Virus record (IMG/VR): IMGVR_UViG_2541047932_000014
Coordinates: 1 to 10,970 of that record
Reading direction: 5' to 3' (one strand)
Origin: a virus
Taxonomy: Duplodnaviria; Heunggongvirae; Uroviricota; Caudoviricetes
DNA: 10,970 bases
A model generated the notes under the pieces. It saw only the letters and a program-made list of their open reading frames with translations, was not told the DNA's origin and searched no databases. Made by a program: the position numbers and the translations under genes. Positions 1 through 10,455 of the stretch are shown piece after piece. How positions within the stretch are numbered: position 1 is the stretch's first letter; each line of letters opens with the position of its first letter.

Positions 1-2205
1 ACGGCGCGGGCAAGGGCAGCCGTGTACCGTGCTCAGCAGGCCGTGGCGGCAGCCCGCGGGACGGAGATGCAGATTGCTGCAGAGGCCCGTCTGGCGGCCA
101 CACAGGAACGCCTGAACAGAAATATTGCTGCCAGAAGCGCCGCCCAGAATGCGCTGAACAGTACAACGGCGGTGGGCTCACGTCTGATGACTGGTGCGTT
201 GGGACTGGTTGGTGGCGTACCCGGACTGGTGATGCTGGGGGCAGCAGCATGGTATACGCTGTACCAGAATCAGGAGCAGGCCAGGGAGTCAGCGCGCCAG
301 TATGCACTGACGATAGATGAAATCGCGCATAAAACGCCGTCAATGTCTTTGCCTGAAGCCTCAGATAATGAAGGACGAACACGGGCGGCGCTGGCAGAGC
401 AGAACCGGCTGATTGATGAACAGGCCAGCCGGGTGAAATCCCTGCAGGAAAAAATCGCTGGATATCAGTATGTTCTGGCTAACCCTGGCTGGACAACCGG
501 TGACGGATTCATGATAAACCATCTGACATCGGTGAAGACCGTGACGGAAGGGCTTTCTCAGGCAACAGAGCAGCTTGCCGTTGAGCAGTCCCGTCTGGCA
601 CAGATGCAGGAAAAAGCGCAGTCCATTCAGGATGTGCTTGCCGGGCTGGAAGACCGTCGTGTGGCGTTAATTCGTCAGCAGGCGGCAGAGCAGAATAAGG
701 TGTACCAGTCCATGCTGGTTATGAACGGTCAGCATACGGAATTCAACCGTCTGCTGGGGCTGGGTAATGAACTGCTTCAGCAGCGGCAGGGACTGGTGAA
801 TGTGCCGTTACGGCTGCCACAGGCCACTCTGGATGATAAACAGCAGAGTGCCCTGACAAAAACAGAGCGTGAGCTGGCCCTGTCCAGACTGAAAGGGGAA
901 GAAAAAGAGCGTGTCCGACTGGGGTATGCGGCGGATGACCTCGGTTTTGTGGGTGAACCGTATCAGGAGGCGAGACAACGTTATATCAGTAATGCCCTGG
1001 AAGCCTGGCGCAATAACGAGGCGAATAAACCCAAATCCCGGGGTGGAAAATCAGAGACGGAAAAAGCGGAAGACAGTTTTTCCCGGCTGCTGAAGCAGCA
1101 GAAAGAGCAACTGGCACTTGCGGGGCAGAATACAGAGCTGGCGAAGCTGAAATACCAGACTGCGCAGGGCGAACTGAAAACCCTGACGGAGATGCAGAAG
1201 CAGGAACTGCTGCGCAATGCGGCCCTGATTGACCAGCAAAAAATCCGGGAGCAGTTGCGGTCCCGGGAAGAGACCCTGAAGAATGATAATGTGGCTGCGC
1301 GTGCATCAAATGAAGCGGAACTGCTGGGGTACGGGCAGGGAGAGCGGCTCCGTGAACGCATGCGGGAGTTGCAGCAGATCCGCGACAGTTTCCGCCAGAA
1401 GGATGCGGACCTTCAGTCTCAGTATCAGACCGGGGATATCAGTGAGGATTTTTACAGACAGGCTCTGGCACAGAACGCGCAGTATCTGAGTGAACGTCTG
1501 AAAGAGCAGGAAGCCTTTTATGCCGAATCGGATGTGCAGCGTGCGGACTGGCAGAAAGGGCTGCAGGAGGGATTCAGTAACTGGGTGGATAATGCGTCCG
1601 ATTACGCCTCACAGGCAGCACAGCTGGCGACGGAGGGTATCTCAGGGATGGTGAATAACATCACGGAGATGCTGAACGGAAATAAAGTGGAATGGCGCAG
1701 CTGGGCCTCATCAGTGCTGCAGGAAATATCAAAAGTTCTTATGAATGCCGCGATTGTCAACGGGATCAAGACGGCGGCAAACAGTATGTCCGGAGCGGGA
1801 GGATTTATCGGCAGTATTGGTAGCTGGCTGGGCGGTGCGGTGGCCAATGCAAAAGGCGGGGTGTATACCTCGGCAAACCTGAGTGCGTACAGCAACAGTA
1901 TTGTGGATACGCCCACGTACTTTGCCTTTGCAAAAGGGGCGGGACTGATGGGGGAGGCCGGACCTGAAGCCATTATGCCTCTGACGCGGGCGGCGGATGG
2001 CTCGCTGGGTGTGCGAGCGGTGGGCAGTATGAACGGTAGTGCGGGTCTGGTGTATTCCCCGGTCTACCATATCGCCATTCAGAATGACGGGACTAATGGC
2101 CAGATAGGGCCGGAAGCTGCGGGCACCCTTGTGCAGCTGATTGACCAGCGGGTGCAGGCGGTGATGCTGTCCATGCGACGTGACGGAGGAATGCTGAGTG
2201 GCTGA
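1..2205 (+). CDS. H: Tail tape measure protein (lambda gpH-like), 5'-partial; open from window edge, stop TGA at 2203-2205
   Basis: Frame is open from position 1 through the 727-aa track ORF (22..2205). Long Q/E/R/A-rich, coiled-coil-like sequence followed by a Gly-rich hydrophobic segment (GGFIGSIGSWLGGAVANAKGG), typical of tape measure proteins. Position immediately upstream of M-L-K-I-J as in lambda. Similarity to lambda is recalled, not searched. Confidence 0.85.
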   Translation, partial: TARARAAVYRAQQAVAAARGTEMQIAAEARLAATQERLNRNIAARSAAQNALNSTTAVGSRLMTGALGLVGGVPGLVMLGAAAWYTLYQNQEQARESARQYALTIDEIAHKTPSMSLPEASDNEGRTRAALAEQNRLIDEQASRVKSLQEKIAGYQYVLANPGWTTGDGFMINHLTSVKTVTEGLSQATEQLAVEQSRLAQMQEKAQSIQDVLAGLEDRRVALIRQQAAEQNKVYQSMLVMNGQHTEFNRLLGLGNELLQQRQGLVNVPLRLPQATLDDKQQSALTKTERELALSRLKGEEKERVRLGYAADDLGFVGEPYQEARQRYISNALEAWRNNEANKPKSRGGKSETEKAEDSFSRLLKQQKEQLALAGQNTELAKLKYQTAQGELKTLTEMQKQELLRNAALIDQQKIREQLRSREETLKNDNVAARASNEAELLGYGQGERLRERMRELQQIRDSFRQKDADLQSQYQTGDISEDFYRQALAQNAQYLSERLKEQEAFYAESDVQRADWQKGLQEGFSNWVDNASDYASQAAQLATEGISGMVNNITEMLNGNKVEWRSWASSVLQEISKVLMNAAIVNGIKTAANSMSGAGGFIGSIGSWLGGAVANAKGGVYTSANLSAYSNSIVDTPTYFAFAKGAGLMGEAGPEAIMPLTRAADGSLGVRAVGSMNGSAGLVYSPVYHIAIQNDGTNGQIGPEAAGTLVQLIDQRVQAVMLSMRRDGGMLSG

Positions 2206-2539
2206 GATAAAAACGCTGCATCTGGTCCCGCGTGAAGGGATGCAGGTGAGTGAGAAGCCGTCGGTGGTGAGGGTGCGGTTTGGTGACGGTTATGAACAGC
2301 GCCGCCCCACAGGGCTGAATCCTCAACTGAAGACGTTTCAGGCGGTGTTCCGGGTGACGGATGAGTCAACCCGGCGCTGGCTGGAAGAGTTTTTATCGTG
2401 GCATGGTGGTTACCGTGCCTTTTTGTGGCGACCGCCGAAACATAACCGGACGGTGAGGGTTGTGTGCCGTGAGTGGAGTGTCACGGATAATGCCCGGTAC
2501 AGTGATTTCAGTTGCACGATAGAGCAGGTGGTGAACTGA
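2198..2539 (+). CDS. M: Minor tail protein M (lambda gpM-like), GTG start overlapping the H stop
   Basis: 113-aa ORF with motifs I recognise from lambda gpM (VRFGDGY.QR, FLW.PP, EQVVN C-terminus). 8-nt overlap with the H 3' end and an ATGA-type stop/start overlap with L suggest translational coupling. Confidence 0.88.
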   Translation: MAEIKTLHLVPREGMQVSEKPSVVRVRFGDGYEQRRPTGLNPQLKTFQAVFRVTDESTRRWLEEFLSWHGGYRAFLWRPPKHNRTVRVVCREWSVTDNARYSDFSCTIEQVVN

Positions 2540-3237
2540 TGCAGGATATTCACGAAGAAAGCCTGAACGAGTCGGTTAAATCAGAGCAGTCACCGCGGGT
2601 GGTGCTCTGGGAAATTGACCTGACGGTGCAGGGTGGTGAGCGGTATTTTTTCTGCAATGAGCTGAATGAAAAAGGGGAGGCGGTTACCTGGCAGGGGCGG
2701 CAATATCAGGCATACCCGATTGACGGCAGTGGCTTTGAGATGAACGGGAAGGGCAGCAGTGCCCGCCCGTCGCTGACGGTGTCCAATCTGTTTGGTCTGG
2801 TCACCGGGATGGCGGAGGACCTGCAGAGTCTGGTGGGGGCCACGGTGGTCCGCCGCCGGGTGTATGCCCGTTTTCTGGATGCGGTGAATTTCGTTGCGGG
2901 CAATCCGTCGGCGGACCCGGAGCAGGAGCTGAGTGACCGCTGGGTGGTGGAGCAGATGTCGCAGCTGACAGCCATGACGGCCTCGTTTGTGCTGGCCACA
3001 CCGACCGAGACGGACGGGGCGCTGTTTCCCGGTCGCATCATGCTGGCGAACACCTGTATGTGGGATTACCGGGGAGATGAATGCGGGTATAACGGTCCTG
3101 CGGTGGCGGATGAGTTCGACAACCCCACCACGGATATCCGTAAGGACAGATGCAGCAAGTGCATGCGCGGGTGTGAGATGCGCGGCATGGTGGCTAATTT
3201 TGGCGGTTTCCTTTCCATTAACAAACTTTCGCAGTAA
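2539..3237 (+). CDS. L: Minor tail protein L (lambda gpL-like), tail tip complex
   Basis: The track ORF starts at 2512, but the ATG at 2539 gives a 232-aa protein beginning MQDIHEESLNE, matching the lambda gpL N-terminus (MQDI...) and its length. Cysteine cluster near the C-terminus (NTCMW, DECGY, DRCSKC, RGCEMRG) and the FGGFLSINKLSQ ending are present. The start overlaps the M stop (ATGA). Confidence 0.93.
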   Translation: MQDIHEESLNESVKSEQSPRVVLWEIDLTVQGGERYFFCNELNEKGEAVTWQGRQYQAYPIDGSGFEMNGKGSSARPSLTVSNLFGLVTGMAEDLQSLVGATVVRRRVYARFLDAVNFVAGNPSADPEQELSDRWVVEQMSQLTAMTASFVLATPTETDGALFPGRIMLANTCMWDYRGDECGYNGPAVADEFDNPTTDIRKDRCSKCMRGCEMRGMVANFGGFLSINKLSQ

Positions 3238-3242
3238 ATCCA

Positions 3243-3986
3243 ATGACACAGACAGAATCAGCGATTCTGGCGCATGCCCGGCGGTGTGTGCCTGCGGAGT
3301 CGTGCGGCTTCGTGGTGAGAACGCCGGAGGGGGAGCGGTATATCCCTTGTGTGAATATCTCTGCAGAGCCGGAGGCGTATTTTCGTATTGCACCGGAAGA
3401 CTGGCTGCGGGCAGAGATGCAGGGGGAGATTGTGGCACTGGTCCACAGTCATCCCGGTGGTCTGCCCTGGCTGAGCGAGGCCGACCGGCGGCTGCAGATA
3501 AAAAGTGCACTGTCCTGGTGGCTGGTCTGCCGGGGGGAAATTCATAAATTCCGCTGTGTGCCACATCTGACAGGACGGCGCTTTGAGCACGGGGTGACGG
3601 ACTGTTACACGCTGTTCCGGGATGCCTACCATCTGGCGGGAATTGATATGCCGGATTTTGAGCGTGAGGATGACTGGTGGCGCAACGGTCAGAACCTGTA
3701 CCTGGACAATATGGAGGCGACTGGTTTTTACAGGATTTCCCTGCCTTCCGCACAGCCTGGCGATATCCTGCTGTGCTGCTTTGGCGCATCGGTGGCCAAT
3801 CATGCCGCCATATACTGCGGCAACGGTGAGCTGCTTCACCATCTGCCTGAACAACTGAGTAAACGGGAGAGGTATTCCGAAAAATGGCAACGACGAACGC
3901 ATTCAGCCTGGCGTCACCGCCACTGGCACGCATCTGCCTTCACGGGGATTTACAACGATTTGGCCGCCGCCTCAGCCTGTATGTGA
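3243..3986 (+). CDS. K: Tail tip assembly protein K (lambda gpK-like), JAMM/MPN plus NlpC/P60-like domains
   Basis: JAMM metalloprotease motif H-x-H-x7-S-x2-D is present as HSHPGGLPWLSEAD. The C-terminal half has a Cys/His arrangement compatible with NlpC/P60 (GVTDCYTLF ... NHAAIY ... HH). The 3' end overlaps the I start by 103 nt in another frame, as I recall for lambda K/I. The true start may be downstream of 3243, because lambda K is shorter in my memory. Confidence 0.85.
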   Translation: MTQTESAILAHARRCVPAESCGFVVRTPEGERYIPCVNISAEPEAYFRIAPEDWLRAEMQGEIVALVHSHPGGLPWLSEADRRLQIKSALSWWLVCRGEIHKFRCVPHLTGRRFEHGVTDCYTLFRDAYHLAGIDMPDFEREDDWWRNGQNLYLDNMEATGFYRISLPSAQPGDILLCCFGASVANHAAIYCGNGELLHHLPEQLSKRERYSEKWQRRTHSAWRHRHWHASAFTGIYNDLAAASACM

Positions 3987-4564
3987 ACACGGCAGCGGAA
4001 GCCATTCGCGCCCTGTCGATGCAGATGCCGGGCTTTCGCCGTCAGATGAACGAAGGCTGGTACCAGATACGTATTGCCGGTGATGACACGGCACCGGAGG
4101 CGGTGTATGCCCGTCTTCACGAACAGCTGGGTGAGGGAACGGTCATCCACATTGTGCCGCGACTGGCCGGGGCCAGAAAGGGTGGACTGCAGATTGTGCT
4201 GGGGGCGGCAGCCATCGTGGGGTCGTTCTTCACTGCCGGAGGCTCGATGGCGTTATGGGGTACAGCCCTGGCAGCCGGCGGTTTTTCTGCCACCACGATG
4301 CTGTTTTCACTGGGTGCCAGTATGATTCTGGGTGGTGTGGCCCAGATGCTGGCACCGAAGGCAAAAACACCGGATTACCGCGCAACGGATAACGGTAAAC
4401 AGAACACGTATTTTTCCTCACTGGACAATATGATTGCCCAGGGTAACCCGATGCCGGTGCCTTACGGGGAAATGCTGGTTGGTTCACGACGGATATCCCA
4501 GGACATCAGCACCCGTGATGAAGGCGGGGGCGGAAAGGTCGTGGTTATCGGGCGGCAGGGGTAA
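3884..4564 (+). CDS. I: Tail tip assembly protein I (lambda gpI-like)
   Basis: 226-aa ORF. N-terminus (ARICLHGDLQRFGRR), Gly/Ala-rich hydrophobic core and C-terminal block (TDNGKQNTYFSSLDNM.AQGN) match my memory of lambda gpI. Stop TAA at 4562-4564. Confidence 0.9.
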   Translation: MATTNAFSLASPPLARICLHGDLQRFGRRLSLYVNTAAEAIRALSMQMPGFRRQMNEGWYQIRIAGDDTAPEAVYARLHEQLGEGTVIHIVPRLAGARKGGLQIVLGAAAIVGSFFTAGGSMALWGTALAAGGFSATTMLFSLGASMILGGVAQMLAPKAKTPDYRATDNGKQNTYFSSLDNMIAQGNPMPVPYGEMLVGSRRISQDISTRDEGGGGKVVVIGRQG

Positions 4565-4565
4565 A

Positions 4566-4610
4566 AAGAATAAAAAAATCCCGCAGAGTTGCGGAACTGC
4601 GGGAGCGTTA
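4566..4610 (-). terminator. Rho-independent terminator oriented for minus-strand transcription
   Basis: Hairpin CCCGCAG..CTGCGGG (about 4580-4603; 7-bp GC-rich stem, extendable by TT/AA pairing around a GCGG loop). On the + strand it is preceded by the A-run aaagaataaaaaaat, so on the minus strand the stem is followed by ATTTTTTTATTCTTT. On the + strand it is followed by agcgttacg, which is not U-rich. Confidence 0.6.
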
Positions 4611-4639
4611 CGAAGATTAAGTGTAAGGAATTATTCTTA

Positions 4640-6012
<1,373 letters not shown>

Positions 6013-6030
6013 ATCGGTGGGCATGAAAGA

Positions 6031-6069
6031 AAACCCCGGTATCTGCTGATACCGGGGTTTCTCTTTAGC
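6031..6069. terminator. Perfect 13-bp inverted repeat hairpin, possible bidirectional intrinsic terminator between the IS and J
   Basis: AAACCCCGGTATC tgct GATACCGGGGTTT (6031-6060), followed by CTCTTT on the + strand and preceded by GAAAGA (T-rich on the minus strand). Confidence 0.5.
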
Positions 6070-6163
6070 ATGACAGAAATGTGTTTCATGCTTTTCGGGC
6101 GAAGGATATCCGACTTCTGTACGGAATGGCAAGTGGCGGTTAATTTATTCAGGGGAAGGCTGT

Positions 6164-9100
6164 ATGGGAAAAGGTGGCGGTAAGGCACACACGCCTCGTG
6201 AGGCGAAGGATAATCTCAAATCCACGCAGATGATGAGCGTGATTGATGCGATTGGTGAGGGACCGATAGAAGGTCCGGTGAAGGGACTGCAGAGTATCCT
6301 GGTGAACAAAACCCCGCTGACGGACACGGACGGTAATCCCGTGATACACGGTGTGACGGCGGTCTGGCGCGCCGGGGAGCAGGAGCAGACACCACCGGAA
6401 GGCTTTGAGTCCTCCGGTGCTGAAACCGGACTGGGCGTGGAAGTGACGAAGGCAAAACCGGTGACGCGCACCATTACGTCCGCGAACATTGACCGCCTGC
6501 GGGTTACCTTCGGGGTGCAGTCACTGGTGCAGACCACGTCAAAGGGCGACCGTAATCCTTCCTCTGTCCGGATTCTGATTCAGTTACAGCGTAATGGCCG
6601 CTGGGTGACGGAAAAGGACGTCACCATTAACGGCAAGACCACCTCACAGTTCCTGGCCTCGGTGATTCTGGATAATCTGCCTCCCCGGCCCTTTAACATC
6701 CGGATGGTCAGGGAGACGGCGGACAGCACCACGGACCAGCTGCAGAATAAGACGCTGTGGTCGTCATACACCGAAATCATCGATGTGAAACAGTGCTACC
6801 CGAACACGGCCATTGTGGGGCTGCAGGTGGATGCGGAGCAGTTTGGCGGTCAGCAGATGACGGTGAACTACCATATCCGAGGTCGCATCATCCAGGTGCC
6901 GTCAAACTATGACCCGGAAAAACGCACGTACAGCGGCATCTGGGACGGCAGTCTGAAACCGGCATACAGCAACAACCCGGCCTGGTGCCTGTGGGACATG
7001 CTGACTCACCCGCGCTACGGCATGGGAAAACGTCTGGGGGCGGCGGATGTTGACAAGTGGGCGCTGTATGCCATCGGGCAGTACTGCGACCAGACGGTCC
7101 CGGATGGTTTCGGGGGCACAGAGCCGCGGATGACCTTTAATGCGTACCTGTCACAACAGCGTAAGGCGTGGGACGTTCTCAGTGATTTCTGCTCGGCGAT
7201 GCGCTGTATGCCGGTATGGAACGGCCAGACGCTGACGTTCGTTCAGGACCGCCCGTCGGATGTGGTGTGGCCGTACACCAACTGCGATGTGGTGGTGGAT
7301 GATAACGGCGTGGGGTTTCGCTACAGCTTCAGCGCCCTGAAGGACCGGCACACGGCGGTGGAGGTGAATTACACCGACCCGCAGAACGGCTGGCAGACCT
7401 CCACGGAACTGGTGGAAGACCCGGAAGCCATACTGCGCTACGGGCGCAACCTGCTGAAGATGGATGCGTTCGGTTGCACCAGTCGCGGTCAGGCCCACCG
7501 TGCCGGGCTGTGGGTGATAAAGACCGGACTGCTGGAAACGCAGACGGTGGATTTCACGCTCGGGTCACAGGGGCTGCGTCACACACCCGGTGACATTATT
7601 GAAATCTGTGATAACGACTATGCCGGGACCATGACCGGCGGACGTATCCTGTCCATCGATGCCGCCAGCCGCACCCTGACACTGGACCGTGAGGTGACCC
7701 TGCCGGAGACAGGTGCCGCCACGGTGAACCTGATTAACGGTGGCGGTAAGCCGGTGAGCGTGGCCATCACCGCACACCCCGCGCCGGACCGGATACAGGT
7801 CAGTACCCTGCCGGATGGTGTGGAGACATACGGTGTGTGGGGGCTTTCCCTGCCGTCACTGCGTCGTCGCCTGTTTCGCTGTGTCTGCATCCGGGAAAAC
7901 ACGGACGGCACTTTTGCCATCACGGCAGTGCAGCATGTGCCGGAAAAAGAAGCCATCGTGGATAACGGGGCCAGCTTTGAGCCGCAGTCAGGCACCCTGA
8001 ACAGCGTTATTCCACCGGCAGTGCAGCACCTGACGGTGGAGGTGAGCGCGGCTGACGGTCAGTATCTGGCACAGGCGAAATGGGACACGCCGAGGGTGGT
8101 GAAGGGCGTGCGCTTCAGTCTGCGCCTGACCAGTGGAAGCGGTGAGAACAGCCGCCTGCTGACCACCGCCATCACTGCCGATACGGAGCACCGTTTCAGT
8201 GGCCTGCCGCTCGGGGAATACACCCTGACGGTGCGGGCGATAAACAGCTATGGCCAGCAGGGTGAACCTGCCACCACCACCTTCCGGATTGCCGCACCGG
8301 CAGCACCGTCGCGGATTGAGCTGACGCCGGGCTATTTTCAGATAACCGCCACGCCGCATCTTGCCGTTTATGACCCGACGGTACAGTTTGAGTTCTGGTT
8401 CTCGGAAAAGCGGATTGCGGATATCAGGCAGGTTGAAACCGCAGCCCGCTATCTTGGCTCGGCGCTGTACTGGATAGCTGCCAGTATCAATATCAAACCG
8501 GGCCATGATTATTATTTTTATATCCGCAGTGTGAATACTGTTGGCAAATCGGCATTTGTGGAGGCTGTTGGCCAGCCGAGTGATGATGCATCCGGCTATC
8601 TGGATTTTTTCAAAGGAGAGATAGGGAAAACCCATCTGGCTCAGGAGTTGTGGACGCAGATTGATAACGGTCAGCTTGCGCCTGATCTGGCTGAAATCAG
8701 GACGTCCATTACGAATGTCAGCAATGAAATCACGCAGACCGTCAATAAAAAACTGGAAAATCAGAGCGCGGCAATCCAGCAGATACAGAAAGTTCAGGTT
8801 GATACAAATAATAACCTGAACAGCATGTGGGCCGTGAAACTGCAGCAGATGAAGGACGGACGCCTTTATATTGCGGGTATCGGAGCCGGTATTGAGAATA
8901 CGCCAGCAGGTATGCAGAGTCAGGTGCTTCTGGCTGCTGACCGGATTGCGATGATTAATCCTGCGAATGGCAACACAAAGCCGATGTTTGTTGGTCAGGG
9001 CGATCAGATATTCATGAACGAAGTGTTCCTGAAATACCTGACGGCTCCCACCATTACCAGTGGCGGTAATCCTCCGGCATTTTCCCTGACACCGGACGGG

Positions 9101-9637
9101 CGGCTGACGGCGAAAAATACCGATATCAGCGGTAACGTGAATGCGAACTCCGGGACGCTCAACAACGTCACGATTAACGAAAACTGTCGGGTTCTGGGAA
9201 AACTGTCCGCCAACCAGATTGAAGGCGATCTCGTTAAAACAGTGGGCAAAGCTTTCCCCCGGGACTCCCGTGCACCGGAGCGGTGGCCATCAGGGACCAT
9301 TACCGTCAGGGTTTATGACGATCAGCCGTTTGACCGGCAAATTGTTATTCCGGCGGTGGCATTCAGTGGCGCTAAGCATGAGAGAGAGCATACTGATATT
9401 TACTCCTCATGCCGTCTGATAGTGCGGAAAAACGGTGCTGAAATTTATAACCGTACCGCGCTGGATAATACGCTGATTTACAGTGGTGTTATTGATATGC
9501 CTGCCGGTCACGGTCACATGACGCTGGAGTTTTCGGTGTCAGCATGGCTGGTAAATAACTGGTATCCCACAGCAAGTATCAGCGATTTGCTGGTTGTGGT
9601 GATGAAGAAAGCCACCGCAGGCATCAGTATCAGCTGA
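6164..9637 (+). CDS. J: Tail tip attachment / central tail fiber protein J (host specificity protein, lambda gpJ-like)
   Basis: 1157-aa ORF. The N-terminus [22 protein letters not shown] and many internal blocks ([97 protein letters not shown]) match lambda J as I recall it. Good RBS GGGGAAGG upstream of the ATG. Confidence 0.96.
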   Translation: MGKGGGKAHTPREAKDNLKSTQMMSVIDAIGEGPIEGPVKGLQSILVNKTPLTDTDGNPVIHGVTAVWRAGEQEQTPPEGFESSGAETGLGVEVTKAKPVTRTITSANIDRLRVTFGVQSLVQTTSKGDRNPSSVRILIQLQRNGRWVTEKDVTINGKTTSQFLASVILDNLPPRPFNIRMVRETADSTTDQLQNKTLWSSYTEIIDVKQCYPNTAIVGLQVDAEQFGGQQMTVNYHIRGRIIQVPSNYDPEKRTYSGIWDGSLKPAYSNNPAWCLWDMLTHPRYGMGKRLGAADVDKWALYAIGQYCDQTVPDGFGGTEPRMTFNAYLSQQRKAWDVLSDFCSAMRCMPVWNGQTLTFVQDRPSDVVWPYTNCDVVVDDNGVGFRYSFSALKDRHTAVEVNYTDPQNGWQTSTELVEDPEAILRYGRNLLKMDAFGCTSRGQAHRAGLWVIKTGLLETQTVDFTLGSQGLRHTPGDIIEICDNDYAGTMTGGRILSIDAASRTLTLDREVTLPETGAATVNLINGGGKPVSVAITAHPAPDRIQVSTLPDGVETYGVWGLSLPSLRRRLFRCVCIRENTDGTFAITAVQHVPEKEAIVDNGASFEPQSGTLNSVIPPAVQHLTVEVSAADGQYLAQAKWDTPRVVKGVRFSLRLTSGSGENSRLLTTAITADTEHRFSGLPLGEYTLTVRAINSYGQQGEPATTTFRIAAPAAPSRIELTPGYFQITATPHLAVYDPTVQFEFWFSEKRIADIRQVETAARYLGSALYWIAASINIKPGHDYYFYIRSVNTVGKSAFVEAVGQPSDDASGYLDFFKGEIGKTHLAQELWTQIDNGQLAPDLAEIRTSITNVSNEITQTVNKKLENQSAAIQQIQKVQVDTNNNLNSMWAVKLQQMKDGRLYIAGIGAGIENTPAGMQSQVLLAADRIAMINPANGNTKPMFVGQGDQIFMNEVFLKYLTAPTITSGGNPPAFSLTPDGRLTAKNTDISGNVNANSGTLNNVTINENCRVLGKLSANQIEGDLVKTVGKAFPRDSRAPERWPSGTITVRVYDDQPFDRQIVIPAVAFSGAKHEREHTDIYSSCRLIVRKNGAEIYNRTALDNTLIYSGVIDMPAGHGHMTLEFSVSAWLVNNWYPTASISDLLVVVMKKATAGISIS

Positions 9638-9656
9638 ATTTTATAACCCATATACG

Positions 9657-9683
9657 GGCGCCAGAAATGGCGCCTTTTTTATT
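9657..9683 (+). terminator. Rho-independent terminator immediately downstream of J
   Basis: GGCGCC agaaat GGCGCC (palindromic 6-bp GC stem) followed by TTTTTTATT, starting 20 nt after the J stop. Confidence 0.7.
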
Positions 9684-9704
9684 GCAGAAAAGCGAGAGGT
9701 AATT

Positions 9705-10304
9705 ATGCGTAAAGTTTGTGCAGCCATTTTGTCCGCAGCCATCTGTCTGTCCGTATCCGGTGCGCCTGCATGGGCGTCTGAACATCAGTCCACACTGAGC
9801 GCGGGGTATCTTCATGCCCGTACGAACGCTCCCGGCAGCGATAATCTGAACGGGATTAACGTGAAATACCGTTATGAGTTTACGGACGCGCTGGGGCTGA
9901 TTACGTCCTTCAGTTATGCCAATGCTGAGGATGAGCAAAAAACGCACTACAGCGATACCCGCTGGCATGAAGATTCCGTGCGTAACCGCTGGTTCAGCGT
10001 GATAGCGGGGCCGTCTGTGCGCGTGAATGAATGGTTCAGCGCGTATGCGATGGCGGGTGTGTCTTACAGCCGTGTGTCGACTTTCTCCGGGGATTATCTC
10101 CGCGTAACTGACAACAAGGGGAAAACGCACGATGTGCTGACCGGAAGTGATGACGGTCGCCACAGCAACACGTCTCTGGCGTGGGGGGCTGGCGTGCAGT
10201 TTAACCCGACCGAATCCGTGACCATTGACCTTGCTTATGAAGGTTCCGGTAGTGGCGACTGGCGAACGGATGCATTTATTGTTGGTATCGGATACCGTTT
10301 CTGA
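9705..10304 (+). CDS. lom: Outer membrane protein Lom (Ail/Lom family 8-strand beta-barrel), lysogenic-conversion-type gene
   Basis: 199-aa ORF with signal peptide MRKVCAAILSAAICLSVSGAPAWA, a terminal aromatic residue (GIGYRF) typical of outer membrane beta-barrels, and alternating amphipathic strands. Position between J and stf as in lambda. RBS GAGAGG. Confidence 0.93.
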   Translation: MRKVCAAILSAAICLSVSGAPAWASEHQSTLSAGYLHARTNAPGSDNLNGINVKYRYEFTDALGLITSFSYANAEDEQKTHYSDTRWHEDSVRNRWFSVIAGPSVRVNEWFSAYAMAGVSYSRVSTFSGDYLRVTDNKGKTHDVLTGSDDGRHSNTSLAWGAGVQFNPTESVTIDLAYEGSGSGDWRTDAFIVGIGYRF

Positions 10305-10410
10305 CAACAGACGCCGATTTATCTTCTGTAAATATTGTTATGATACGCAGGTTCATCCACCTTATGGGGTGAACTGCGTTTGAGGAAACGTAAAGTTACA
10401 CTGTCCTGAA

Positions 10411-10444
10411 GCCCGTGGCGTCACTGCTGCGGGCTTTTTTTATT
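10411..10444 (+). terminator. Rho-independent terminator downstream of lom
   Basis: GC-rich hairpin GCCCGTGGCG tcac TGCTGCGGGC (with G-U pairs) followed by TTTTTTTATT. Only about 12 nt separate it from the stf start codon. Confidence 0.65.
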
Positions 10445-10455
10445 GGTGGAAAAGT

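Noticed and set aside
981-1361. Several overlapping minus-strand and alternative-frame ORFs inside the tape measure gene (981..1361, 986..1309, 1602..1973, 1729..2070, 2079..2369)
   Set aside because: All are nested in the long, well-supported H reading frame. They are Ser/Arg/Ala-rich reverse-frame artefacts.
2590-3933. 447-aa ORF on the minus strand spanning L and K
   Set aside because: It lies antisense to two well-supported tail genes in a GC-rich region where stop codons are rare. Its translation is low-complexity and R/P/A/H-rich with no recognisable motifs, so it is most likely a compositional artefact.
7988-8635. 215-aa minus-strand ORF inside J (also 7618..7995 and 7151..7498 minus)
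   Set aside because: Antisense to the strongly supported J coding sequence, with Arg/Gly/Pro-rich translations typical of the reverse frame of GC-rich genes.
9630-10307. 225-aa minus-strand ORF exactly antisense to lom
   Set aside because: lom on the + strand has a signal peptide, beta-barrel features, an RBS and flanking terminators. The antisense frame has no start context or motifs.
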